A DNA stretch of 64,000 nt from Paramecium tetraurelia (taxonomy: Eukaryota), in NCBI GenBank assembly GCA_000165425.1, contig CT868012.1, positions 1 through 64,000 of the forward strand. Direction: 5' to 3'. Of this stretch, positions 26,371-39,056 are shown in pieces. How positions within the stretch are numbered: the stretch's first letter is position 1; every line of letters starts with the position of its first letter. A program made the position numbers and the translations under genes. The notes below the pieces were generated by a model. That model made no database searches. It was not told the origin of the DNA and was given only the letters and a program-made list of their open reading frames with translations.

Positions 26371-27384
26371 TCAATTATATATATTTTCCCTTCTTGCTTA
26401 TTATTTAGTCAAACAAAATTTTACTCTTTTAGCAGAGGAGTATAAGTTTTATTGTAATTTTTTAGGAGTTGAATCTATTAGATTTAAACTAGAAAAGCAT
26501 GGTCTGCCTTAAATTTTAATTTAGTTAATAATATCTAATACTGAATTCTGATATTAGGGATTCTTTAATATACTTTTGGGAGTGGAAACAGAACTCAAAG
26601 ATCTTCCTCTGAAACCCTCTTTATCAATTTAAAGTAAAGACAATTGTGAGGATCTTTGTGAATGAACTTGTTGTTGCTGAGTTTTTATTTTTACACTTTA
26701 ATGATTATGTTTTAATTTAATAGTTGATTTTTAACATTATTGTTATTCAAACTTATTATCCTAATATTTAATAGAACCTGAAGAGGCAATTTGAACAGTA
26801 TAATTAAAAGACAAATCTAAATTGGAGTCATGATCTTGAGATCTTTATGAAGGCTTGGAATGATTTTTTGCTGATAGCCTATTGATTGGAGAAGGACAAA
26901 GCCCATTTCTTAGCTTTCTGATATCGAAAGCATTGTGACTCTGAGTTTTCAAATCTATTCTTAGATCTAAAGTTGCATCCTATTTAGTGCTATCTTTCAT
27001 TTCCCTTATAAAATTGATTTTTGGAACTGTATCCATTAATGTCATTTGATCAGCACATGATAATTATATAGCCTGCTACCTTTGTTTAAGAGTTGCTTAT
27101 AACTAATTTGAATCGTTTTAAGTGTATTTCTCATTATTGAGAAATTACTATCCTTTTTTAGCTAATTTCTGATGTCTCCTAATATCTGTTTTGAAATTGC
27201 ATTTATTGAGTGTTAATTAGTTCATTTTCTAGTTCAAGTCTTGCACATCACACTCATTTAATTAGTGGTCCTATAATCTCATTTTGATATCGTCCTTAAA
27301 ATGTGCTTTTAGACTACAGAACGAAACGGGATGCTCAACCTCGTCATCAAAGATATCAGAATCATGATTATATGGCTCTATCAT
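26371..27384 (-). CDS. Hypothetical low-complexity protein with KSILK and KRVKF motifs
   Basis: Intronless ORF under the ciliate code, from MIEPYNHDSD to ...RRENIYN*. Confidence 0.75.
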
Positions 27385-27658
27385 TATTATAATTATTAAT
27401 ATCATTTTAATTACTATTATAGTAGCCAATTGATATTGAAGACAAGTTTATTATGTATCATTTGATTTTGAGAAATGCGTTATTCCCCAATCCTTCTAAA
27501 TAAATTCATAAGAACATATTATTAAAGATGAACCAATTTAAAATAACAATCATTCATTTATGTATAAATAATATTTGAAGTATTTATTATTATAATTCTG
27601 AATATTTTAATCATACAAATGATATTTACAAAATTATTCATATAATTCTATTAAAACA

Positions 27659-28828
27659 TCAACCAAACTTAGGTTATGGAACAGATATGATGTTGTCGTC
27701 ATCCTTAAATGTAAAAATATGCTCAATATTGACCTTACTTTGGAAAGGAGAACAATTGTTGGATGAGCTGATTTGAGTGTTGGTACTCTATGTTAGTGAA
27801 CTCTTCTAACTATCAGCCATACACTTCTTAACTGATCCACTTCAATAACTTAAGGAATATTACTTAACATCGATAATTTTAATTGCAAGGTTTTTGGATA
27901 ATGTCTTATTTTTCAACTGCTGATTCTCATATTTATTGAAAATATTGTAAAGTTTCATTTGCTTTTTAACCCATTTACTCATGAAGAGTTATTATATAGT
28001 TGGTCTGTGTTGGGGATCTTTTGTTAATAAGGCTAAAATTAAAATTTACAAGTCTTCATCAATTCCTTTCTATACATTAACTTCGTTTGTTGTAATCTAT
28101 GAGATCAATTCTGATTGCGATTATGCTCTAAATGGGTAGTGGGTATGAACTAAAATCTATCCATTATGGTTTGGAGAACTTACATATATCAAAACGCCTA
28201 AAGACCAAGAATCTACTTTAAAATCATGATTTTGTTTGAGTACGACTTCAGGAGGCATATACTCGGTTGTGCCACATATCACTGGCTAAATTTTGTCTAG
28301 ATGAGTGGCCCATCCAAAGTCTCCCAACTTGTAAGTTCCTTCCTCATTTATGAAGATATTTTCCAGCTAAAATGGAGAGATAACTTAACATAATAATACC
28401 TTCAAATCTCTATGTACGATATTATTAGAGTGTAAAACATCAAGAGCACTTAGTAGAGAATGTGTAATGTTGAAAATTTCTTTCTCTTAATAAGGAATTT
28501 TTGGTTGTTTCAAGGTTCCTCTAGAACATAATTCAGAAATGATATAAATGTAATGATTATCTTCAAAGGAGTCAATTACCTTGACAATATTTCTATGGGC
28601 TATGGTTGACTGAATATGAATTTCCTGTCGAACCATCTTTTCAGCATTATATTTTTAGAGCAGAGCCTTTGAAATCTAGAAATATCATTTATAGCTCACT
28701 ATTTTGCAAGCAAAATCTTTATTCATTGCTAGATCTGTCACTTAATAAACAGTACCAAATGAACCACTACCCAGTTGATTTTTAATTATGTATTGGGTAC
28801 CATCATTTCCTATTAAAATACTATTCAT
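27659..28828 (-). CDS. Ser/Thr protein kinase, Aurora-like
   Basis: [48 protein letters not shown]; short introns. Confidence 0.92.
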
Positions 28829-28868
28829 TAAATAATTTATATCTAATTAAAATTATAAGTTTCCTTTT

Positions 28869-29590
28869 TCAATAGAGAATATAAAGTAAAATTAAATAAT
28901 CATCTCTTCCTTTTGTATACCACTCCTTGGAACTCATATGGTCTCTTATCTAAGGATATAGGTTTTTTGGTCCCAAAAAAAGGTGTCACAAAAGAGTCTC
29001 CAAATTTAACTACATGGGATCCACTGATCTTTCCTTCATTTTTTTCAAATTCTTACGATAATAATTTTAAATTACATAGTTGATGCTTTTTCAAAGTAGG
29101 CAATTTGGTTCGACGTCCTTAATAATTTTCTTTATTGATAAAACAATTTTTTGGTGGTTCAGAATGTTATTGCTGTTAAATTTGAAAATTCCCAATAGGA
29201 ATTTATTCTGATTCCAGAGGATCCATTTAGCATGACTAATATAAGTCTAATTAGCTTTATATTTTCTTGAAAACTAATTAATTAAATTTTATATACAGTT
29301 GATATAATTCGACTTCTCCTTTTTTAATAGTTCCTTGGTTCCGTACTCTATCTTCTATAATCTGCTTCCAAACTTTCAAAGGCTGTTGAATCTGTTTGTA
29401 TTGAATTATATTAGATTGATCGTTTTGGTTTGATATAATTATTGTCATTGATTGCAACTTTATTCTGACATTAGGATTGAGTCTGTCGAATTCCTCGAGA
29501 TTTTGAGACGGCTTGAAATTGTCGGTAGATGCGATATTCTATAGTGGATTTCAAGTGAGATTCCTAAACTCCCTTTTGGAAATTAATCAT
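28869..29590 (-). CDS. Hypothetical protein (exon structure uncertain)
   Basis: ATG at 29590, open segments and two intron-like sequences. The frame could not be fully reconciled. Confidence 0.45.
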
Positions 29591-29694
29591 AATAATAATA
29601 ATATATAGCTTTTGAATAATTGCATTTCGGTTTCATTATAAATATTTGGACAACTAAGAGGGAAATAAAAAATCCGAAATGTGCAGATGATTGC

Positions 29695-30469
29695 TCAATA
29701 TATATCATGATCCATATTATTATTATTAATTGAAACATTTTGTTAAGCTTGAATTAATAATATTGTGAGATTATTGTTAATTAATTTTTATTGTTTGCAT
29801 TCTTCTGTAAGATCTTTAATATAATTTTAATGTTATTTTTCTTTGTTTTCTGCATCCACTCTCACTTTCTCTAACCGCTTGTTTTGTTTAAGGAAGGCTT
29901 GCTTCAGCAATTTATTTTCATCAAGTAACTTTTAAGTCTAAAAATACGAATTTGTGAATACATTTTATTAAAACTTTTCTCCCAATTTCTATTCAAAGGC
30001 TTCAAAGCAGAGTTGAATATTTTATTAAGCAGTCTAGATGTTTTACGACTGTTGAAGTCTCTTCAATAATTCTTCTTTTAAACAAATTTTATAGTTGTCA
30101 AACTACATTTAATAATTTAAATTATACATCTGCATTATCAATGTCAATCTTTTGAGGGGTCGCCATTTTTTGTCCTAGAATCTCAAATACCATCTCAATG
30201 TTATTGTCGAAATCTTCCAACAACCTAGTAATCTCAGACTATTAAATTTAAGGGTATTTCTCCTGAATTATTGCCAAATTTTATCTACAATTTTAATAAA
30301 AATTATATACTATGTTAATCTCCTTCGCGCTTAACTCAAAGTCTCTATATTTCGATCTTGATTTATTCGCCTCCTTAAAGCGAAAGTCGGATTCAATGAC
30401 TTATTTTAATTTTAAACATATTACTTCATTTGGCTCATCTTCGAAATATTTTCTTTTACCAACTAACAT
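29695..30469 (-). CDS. CUE-domain and coiled-coil protein
   Basis: IQEKYPQIQQSEITRLLEDFDNNIEMVFEIL (CUE-like), then ENKLLKQAFLKQ coiled coil, ending DHDIY*; four introns. Confidence 0.75.
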
Positions 30470-30601
30470 TTAATTATAATATTAATATTAATAATTTAAT
30501 TTAAATATTTTATTTGCCTCACTAAAATACAGATCCAAAAATTTAAATATTTATTATGTCATTTCAAAAGCAGAATTCTAATCTATTTATCTCATCAGAT
30601 T

Positions 30602-32641
30602 ATGATGGAACTAATCAATTAGACGACTACACTCTCTTTAACAAAGTCTGTTACAAGTCTTCCCAGGCACAAATACCAACTGAAATCTAAATCCAAATCA
30701 TAAATGCAAACTTACGTTAATCCTAAGAAGAATGCTTGCAATCTACCAGAGATAGTATTGAATTAGAACTATCATTCATGTAGTAATCAGTTAATTGCAT
30801 CACATCATCAAGATACTCAAGACTTTAAAGTGGCAATCCGAAGACCAACTTAAGATTTTCTATAATTCCAATAGATAATTTTTGATTCTCCTGAAAGGAT
30901 TATAGATTGTGGATGAACTATTGTCTAATTGCAAAGAATCGCCAACAAAGATACTTTTAGAATTAAAATAAAGTAACATTCCCTTCCATTTAGATTATGT
31001 GCAAGAGAGATCGATTAAGGCAATCAAAGCAGATGATGTCAATATAAGGATGTTGCAGATGCCCTACCATTATCTATAGACATCATTCTTGCCTAATATG
31101 CAACAACAGTTGAAATCGTATGAATAGAATATGAGTGCTTCCTAAACTTTGACTTAAGAAATCAAGATCGTTGGAACTCATATTCTAATGATCAACTTAA
31201 TTATGCCTTCTGCAATTGATACAGATTAAAATGACATCATGTCATTAAATAGTACTCATCCAGTTTGGAAGAAATTAGATTGCATCACAACAAGAAAAGT
31301 ATAATTTCTAAATATTAGCAAGTCTTTAGGGGACTCTGAATAAATCAAACAATCTTTTTAATCATTTGTGTAATCAGTTATGGTTGGTCATGCCTTGGTA
31401 AACGATTGCAAGAACAAATCAAGTAGATGGAGTAAAATATTTTCAGTAAGTTTGAATTCTCTGTATTATTTCTTATCAAGCTCAGCTGCAGAAAAAGGAA
31501 TGAAAGATCATATGAGTTAGTTAAGAGCTGATACTGCACACTAAGCTATGAATTTCATCGAGTTGCCAGGAGTCAAACATTTAATTAATTTGGGATTACC
31601 CAAAATTGCTACAAACTTAAAATTTTATATATTGCCAGTTGTGTTACCACTCACAATTCAAGAAGCCAACAAATAAATTAAATTGGGAATTTATGATCAA
31701 ATCTCTACTCATTCAATTCAATATGTAAATCAAGAAATCCACAGAGATGATAAATTCTTATTTGTTAAAAATCAATCTAGAATTAGAATCAGATTATTGT
31801 ACAACCAACGTGTGGTGGAATAGGATAATATTTTTAGTTTCCTAAAATCATTCTTCGTCAAACAAAAACACAACATCTTTGAAGATAAGATTATCATTCA
31901 TATTCATGGGGGAGGTTTTATCTCATAATCATCATCAAGTCATCAATGCTACACCAGAGAATGGGCCATTAACTTAAATGTTCCCATCTTTTCTATTGAT
32001 TATAGTTTGGCTCCTTAATATCCTTACCCAATACCTTTGGATGATTGTTGGCAAGCGTATAATTGGATATTAAAATATTCTGAAACCATTTTTGGCATAA
32101 TTCCCAATAAGATCATTGTTACTGGTGATAGTGCTGGAGGTAATTTAGCTACTGCTTTGGTTGGATTAACGATAAAATATAAATTGTAAGTTCCAAATGG
32201 ATTGATTTTGAATTATCCTGCTGTTGATATTCGATTTTAGTACACACCTAGTTACTTGAATTCCATTAATGATAAAATTCTTAGTCATACTATTTTAGGA
32301 ATTTGTATTGAATCTTATTCAGCTCATCCAGATTCCTAACTTGGACTTGATTCATTTATGAGTCCTCTATTGTTGTCCTATGATATTCTGAAACATTTCC
32401 CACCCACAAGACTATTTTGTGGAAATAAAGATCCCTTGTATGATCAAGTTTTTAGACTAGCCTAAAGATTATAGTAATATTTTTCGACTATTATTTTAGA
32501 GTTGTAGACAGGGATGTAAAAATAACTGTATATGAAAATTTGTCCCATGGTTATCTAAATTTTAATACCATTAAAGGAATGTCAGAAATTAAATAATGTA
32601 TATTAGATAGTTAAGATGCCTTTTCTGAATTATTAAATTGA
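30602..32641 (+). CDS. Hormone-sensitive-lipase-like alpha/beta hydrolase
   Basis: IHIHGGGF (~31900), SIDYSLAPQYPYP, GDSAGGNL (~32124), DPLYD, HGY. Needs a 28-nt intron or a +1 correction near 30895-30936. Confidence 0.92.
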
Positions 32642-32658
32642 ATTCAATGTATTAAAAA

Positions 32659-33436
32659 TCATTCAATATTTTTACTCTCATTCTCAATCTTATCTTATGG
32701 AATATTATTCTATTATTCAACTTATTATTATTATTATTATTATTATTCTATTTTTTATTTCTTTTTTTCTCTACCCAATTCAATCATCTCTTATTTCTTT
32801 CTTTCTTTTTCCTCTTTTTATTTTTCTGGATCCAAGAATTTCTCTCCTTCTACTTGTTATTCTGTGAACCCTGCCCATTCTAAATTTTTATATAATGAAA
32901 TATTACATGCAAAATGATGAAATATTATTCCTGATGCTACACCGACATTTAAACTTGCAGTCTTTTGAGTGTATTAAGGAATATAAACAAAATGATCACA
33001 TAAAGCTTTATGTTCTGGAATCAATCCCGTACCCTATAATTAAGCTTTTTAAAATATAAACTTCATTTCCGAGAAAAAAGACTGTGTTACCCTTAAAAGG
33101 ATTTGTGATAATATTTTAAGAACCTTCACCAATTTCAACACCACAAACAAAAATATTGTTTAGTACAAAATACTCCTTTGCTTCTTTTAAATTATTAAAA
33201 AGGTGAAAATTCATTTAGTCATAAGTCCCATGATTACCAAAAAAGGAAAATCCTTCAGCAATTTAAAATTTCTTTTTCGTTTAGCCTTGTTTTCCAATCA
33301 TAAAGACTTTTGTTAAATTGAAGGCTGCAGCATTTCTAATAAAATAAAAAGGGAAGTAGTACCTGATGATAGTGCCTATATTTTTAGGCTTAGCTATATT
33401 GTGGAGAAGCAGATAACCTTCAAACTGCTATTGCAT
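32659..33436 (-). CDS. SpoU/TrmH-family RNA methyltransferase
   Basis: NIAKPKNIGTIIR|NAAAF, FFLGNE|GTGL, VYIPQY...SLNVGVASGI; Gln-rich tail. Confidence 0.92.
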
Positions 33437-33472
33437 AATTTTATATTTATTTTATTTAATAATATATATTAT

Positions 33473-33944
33473 TCAAAATGCTGAATCATCTTTTAGGATC
33501 AGCTTCTTAATGTCTTGCAATGATTTCAAATTATCAAATACTCGATCCTCAAAGATTGCTGTGAATTCATGCTCTATTGAGGTGATCAAAGCTATTCTTT
33601 CAAGACTGTCCAAACCTATATCCTTAATTAAATCTCCTTCCCAATTGACAGATTTGACATCTATTTTCTCGAAGGATTTCAAGACTTTCAAGAATCTGAC
33701 ATCGACCTAGAGAATGTAGGAATAGGATGTGTTACTTCATTTTCTTCCATGTAGAGTGCTGCCTCTTCACTTGGAGATGGTAATGGATTGACAGATGACT
33801 TAATGCCCTCGGTGCTTGACCTGTTAAACTTCTTAAAGTGATCTTGAGTGTCAAAGCTTGTCTATAGGTGGGATATGAATACATGTGATTGATGCAGAAT
33901 TGTGGTCTAATAAATAGGGACCTTGATAATAATTTTCTAATCAT
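33473..33944 (-). CDS. Mitochondrial acyl carrier protein (NDUFAB1-like)
   Basis: Arg/Leu/Ser-rich presequence; DIGLDSLERIALITSIEHEF phosphopantetheine motif; two introns. Confidence 0.88.
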
Positions 33945-33984
33945 TATAATAATTATATTTTTATTGATATTGCAATATTATTTT

Positions 33985-34561
33985 TCAGAAATGAGCAGCA
34001 TTACTACTATCGCTTGTAAGTTCTGCTCTTAATTATTTTAATCTTGCTTCCTTCTTGGCCAGGGCAAAATCAAAGACTGAAAAATTATACTTTTCAGCTA
34101 ATTCCAACAACACTTGATTTTTTTGTACAAAAAGTGGTTCGAACAATACTTTGGACAGGTTGTAAGAAAATGCGGCTGAGACCAAACCTAAGAGTATAAA
34201 AGACAGTATTACCAACTCCTAAGATGAACATACCATTTAAGATGGGTCGGCTGGTAATTTTGGAAGTGATCATTTGTTGTTCTCTTAATGTTGCTAACGC
34301 CAAGAAAATACCCCCAAAAGAAAATATGCCTGATCTCATGTCAACATCTATTGTTTATTCTTTGATGAATTTCTTGTGATCCTCCTATGAAATTTTTTCA
34401 GGTGTTTGACTAGCGACAAAATAAAATATTAATCTTCTTCTGTCTTGTGGTCCAGCTAGAAATAATAGGATAAAAGTACCAAGCATGATGTTATCGTGAT
34501 TGATATAATAGCCATTTGTAGTTTTATGAAGTTATGGTGATACAAGCCAGCTCAAACTCAT
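33985..34561 (-). CDS. Small membrane protein with two hydrophobic segments, unknown function
   Basis: MSLSWLVSP..., two introns join the ORF-track pieces, ends ...SSNAAHF*. Confidence 0.75.
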
Positions 34562-34602
34562 TTTTGGATATTTAATTAATTAATTATATATAGTTGTAAA
34601 TA

Positions 34603-36186
34603 TCAAATTTATTGGCATAGAAAACTTTGGAATTTGTAACAATCCTTAATCTTCGTTTTGTTAAGGTCAACTGGGATCGAAATAAATCTACCCATTAGAT
34701 GTTCACCCTAGAAATGGTTAATATTGAGGAGACACTTACAATTCGAATAAGATCATCAGTTTCAACATCTTCAGAAAAGTGGCCTCCAATATTTGGGTGT
34801 TTGCAAGTCCACAAAAATCCCCCATACACTCCTGCTACCACTTGTAACACAGTTGGACCAAACTTTCCATTGAATATTTTAGAACTATCGATTTCATCCA
34901 TAATACTGCCAGTCCACCAGGCTCTATTATTTTTCATAATCAAGAGAGCACCAACTTTATCCCAACCTTTCATCGAAGGGAAATTCATAGGATGAATAAC
35001 TTCCATCTCTGGATGAGTATTCTCTATGGTGGCACTTGATGGTAGGTTTCTTATGAACTCCTTCGCCAATGGATTATAATCGTAAACATAATATTGTGAG
35101 GGCGAGTATCCTGTTTCTGGATCGCTCAAATAATCTTAAATAGAATAAGCTTCGCCATGAGGAATCAGAACCCCTAAACTTAGTTAATTGTCAAAATACC
35201 TGTAATGTCTTCATTAGGCACCCAACTCTTCGCCCATATGTTCACCGATGGTATTTTCGAGACTATCGTTTTTCCATCTCTTATTGTATAACAATTTGGA
35301 ATATGAGTATCTTCGTGTGAACCTCTGGCTACTTAAGCAGGGACTAGTCCTTCAGTGAGAAACCCTCTGCATGACCAGGTATTATAGAACTTAGTCTTGA
35401 CATCTTTAGGGATTTCAGCCATTAACTAATTGTCAGTTTCAGAACAATGGATTGTATGTACTCCAAGCACTTAAGCTAATTTCGAATGGTTCTTCTACTC
35501 CAGATGTCTTCTCAAATCACTTTTATTATATTCTCTTAGAGGATTCTTAAGATAGTGTTTAGCACAGTCTTCCAAACCTCTTTTTACGCAATGAGATATT
35601 ACACCTGGGTTGAATCCAGTTTCAAACAATGAAGTAGGACCCTTAATTATATAATAAGATTATACTTTCTACCAGAATGGTGATTTTTTAGCATTGTCCT
35701 TGATATAACCTAATGTCAATTTATATGCTTCCTCTGCATTCTAGGGACATGAGTTGGCATCTTCGCTGTCATCCCAAACTTCCAAGGCTGTATTTAGATA
35801 TCTAACTCCCTTCGAAGCACAAAGTGCCCAAATTTCTGCAAACCCAATATTAGTCGACAAATCTACTAGTGTATCTCCCTCCTTTAGGCTGATTTATATG
35901 ATATTTTCTAATTACCCCATTATGTCAAGTGTTTGTGTTAGGTTATCTCTTGTTTGTTTGTAAATTACAGTCTTAAATCTCTTCTCGTTGGGGAAAAAGG
36001 CATCATGCTTGTCAAGAATAACAATATTGGCTTCTAGCAAAAATTATAGAGGACTTTACTTGGATGTTACTTTAATAATAGTTCTGTGAAAGCTTTTCCT
36101 ATTGCCCCATATCCTAATACTCCGATTGTTTTTGGAAGATTAACTTTTTAACTAAATTGATAAAAGCCACGATTGATCAATTACAT
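34603..36186 (-). CDS. hss: Homospermidine synthase (bacterial-type, NAD-dependent)
   Basis: GYGAIG Rossmann motif, VDLS, YLNTALEVW, GFNPGVISH, IHCSETDNQ, FYNTWSCRGFLTEG, IPHGEA, GWDKVGAL, WWTGS, TVLQVVAGV, terminal FQSF; several short introns. Confidence 0.93.
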
Positions 36187-36577
36187 ATAAGGAATTAGAA
36201 TTGTTTTATTAATGATGTATTTTTACATTGCAAAAAATCTTTAAATTTTACCAGCCCATATATTTCAAATACAGTAATTAAGATATTTTTAGGTATATTT
36301 ATAAAATATTTTATAATGCGCATTATAAATTAATATTCAAAAGAACACATAGCAACGCTTGCAATTCTCAAGTCTAAATTTATATAATAATTGCATCCCG
36401 AATTTTCAGATAATATACTCAGGGAACAGCTTGAAATTAAAGTAATTTAAGTCGTATAATTATTGCAAATCAACAACTGAGTTTTATCTACATCATCTTA
36501 GTACCTCAGAGTTAAACAGTAAATTATAAAATATTACAAGAAAGGAATTTAGCATTTAAATAATATTAGTAATCTAA

Positions 36578-37129
36578 ATGTCAAAGTAATTTTTTGAGAG
36601 AATAGGAATAGTGTTGATAGTTGTCAGAAATAAAAATAACTAATACCTAGCCGTCCTAGAAACAAAGAATAGAGGATGGTGGTTACCTGGAGGCAGAGTT
36701 GAACCTGGAGAGCAGTTTGAAAAGGCAGCTTTAAGAGAAACACTGGAAGAGGCAGGGATTAATGTAACTTTGAAAGGAGTCCTCAGAGTTGAATAGGATA
36801 TTGATCAACAAAATTGCTTCATGAGATTCAAGATAGTGTATTATGCAGAGCCAACTGATTAAAATCAAGTGCCTAAGAAAGTAGCAGACAAAGGTATTAA
36901 GTGATTGCAATTGATTTCAATAGAATCTGAGTTGGCTGTATGGGTGGATTACGATAAACTTCACGAATTGGGAAAAACCAAAGAAGGTTGGAGAGGAATG
37001 GAATTAATATAATGGGCTAATTACATTGAGTAAGGAGGTGACATTATGCCATTAAGTACTGTAAGTAGGGAGGGAGCCAATGTGGAAATGGCGAAACCCT
37101 TTACCATAAAGGATCTCAAATAAAATTGA
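36578..37129 (+). CDS. NUDIX hydrolase
   Basis: Nudix box GWWLPGGRVEPGEQFEKAALRETLEEAG; one intron. The start could lie further upstream (36316). Confidence 0.92.
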
Positions 37130-37135
37130 TATAAT

Positions 37136-38646
37136 TCATAATGTAAAATTAAAGTCTAAATCAATAATTTGCTGCAGTTCCTTTTCTTCAATGATTCTCA
37201 CCTATTTATCCAAGGTTGTTGGATTGTAGAACTCTAGTGATGCAGGAGTATAAACAATCTTGAAGTCGGAATCAACGGTTTAATTCAACAGAAAGCCATT
37301 CTCAGAACAGGCTAATCCTTGTTATCCTGCTACGACATCATGCTGTTCTGGGATGTTCACTTTCACAGATGCTCTCGTGGGAGTGAGAGTGATGATTTCA
37401 ACGTAGCTTTTAATGAAGCTTTGGATTGGATTTTTGAAACAAAAACTGGCTAAGCACTCCAAATCAGCTATGGAGAAATGAAATTAACCGATTTATCTAA
37501 CATTGTTAGAAACGACTATTGAGGGTGGTATGAAGGCGATTTGATAATAGGATTCCTCGTGATACACGATTTTCTTTATGATTTTTTCCTTTTTGGTCAA
37601 TTTGCCTGGTTGAATTGTTACTGGAAACTTTTTTTGTGGGATTACAAAGTTGGACAATTCATCTATCTCAGACATCTACATTAGAAAACAGATTACATAA
37701 TTATCGATCTCTTGGAAATTGGATTGAAGTAGCTATGACATTTTTAAATTGGTCAATGGAATAGTTGCATGTTTGTTAATGTCATCGCAATAAACGATCA
37801 ATTTGGGCATCACACAAGTAAATCTACGCTGTTCCAATACGAATTCAATGTCCTTTGGTTTTTAGATTTCATCTATGAATTCGGATCCGCTTATTGCATA
37901 GACATTCAATGAAATCTTTTTGCTTTAATATGTCATATCTATTTAGGTTTAGGATAGTTACTTTCAATCAGATAGTTTGTCAAGTCCTTTACTAATAAGA
38001 GCTTTTTGGTTTGATTCCAGTTTAAGGTCAAAGGATGGTGTTCTTTTTTCACCTTCCTCTTTCTCAATTGCATCGGTCTATATACATATATTTAAATGAC
38101 TTACGTTAATTTTGCTATGATGACATGATTGCCTTTGTTGAATGTTCTATGTATTTCTCCCAAAGGCTACACATCGTCATTTATTATTTGTAGTAGTTAT
38201 CTCTTATATTTCAATTCCTTCTCCCTCTCAGTTATAGTTTCTGGGTCCTATCTTTATCTTGAGTCAATTTCAATCAATTTGTATACTTGAGGTTTCTTGG
38301 TCTGTTGTTATTATTATTAATTGCTTTGGGAAATCTTGGTTTTTTACGTTGTACCATTATTTTATGATCTTCCAAACTTCTACAGTTATATTTATTTGTT
38401 GCTCTCATAGTAACCTCTAATGTCAAAATGCCATTTATACTGATCGCAAAGCACTCCAAAATTCCTTGGTACAAACTTTTAATAGTGAACTTCCACTTAA
38501 GGCTTAGTAGTAAATTCAAAATTAGGTTTTGATGTTTTCGCACTCAAATTCCTTAATTACGTGGATGTCATCAATTTCGCAGTTTTCGGTCTCATTTAGA
38601 CATCCAGAAATTCACGTACAAAAGTTTCAGAAGTTTATGGTCTCAT
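37136..38646 (-). CDS. Hypothetical protein
   Basis: Long multi-exon reading under the ciliate code (MRPQTSETF...IIDLDFNFTL*), with at least three short introns. Confidence 0.7.
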
Positions 38647-39056
38647 ATATAAAATATGATATAAATTATAATAATATCAAAATAATATTCTAATCTCATA
38701 ACCACTATTTGTGACTGACTAGTTCTGCCGTCTCTGTAGAAACCTTACGATATTCTAACCATCTCTCCATAATTTATAATCATTATTCAATAACATCCTA
38801 TAATATTTGTTTTAAATTTATTTTCCTAAACAGATTTGAAATAATCTATGAATTTTTTGCATTTACAAAGTAAGTGCAAAATACATAAGCCATAATTTAT
38901 GTTGTGTTATCTTAATTTTTCTTATATTCTTAAATACAATTCTTAATGTAAAATCAATTAAAAAACAGTATATAATTTATTTGTTTTAATTAATATGTAG
39001 AGCCATTTATTTGATGTATAAATATATTAATAAACCTATAGCAATCATAAAGTTTA

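Noticed and set aside
32722..32748. (TTA)n microsatellite
   Set aside because: It is a poly-Gln tract (TAA codons) in the SpoU C-terminal tail.
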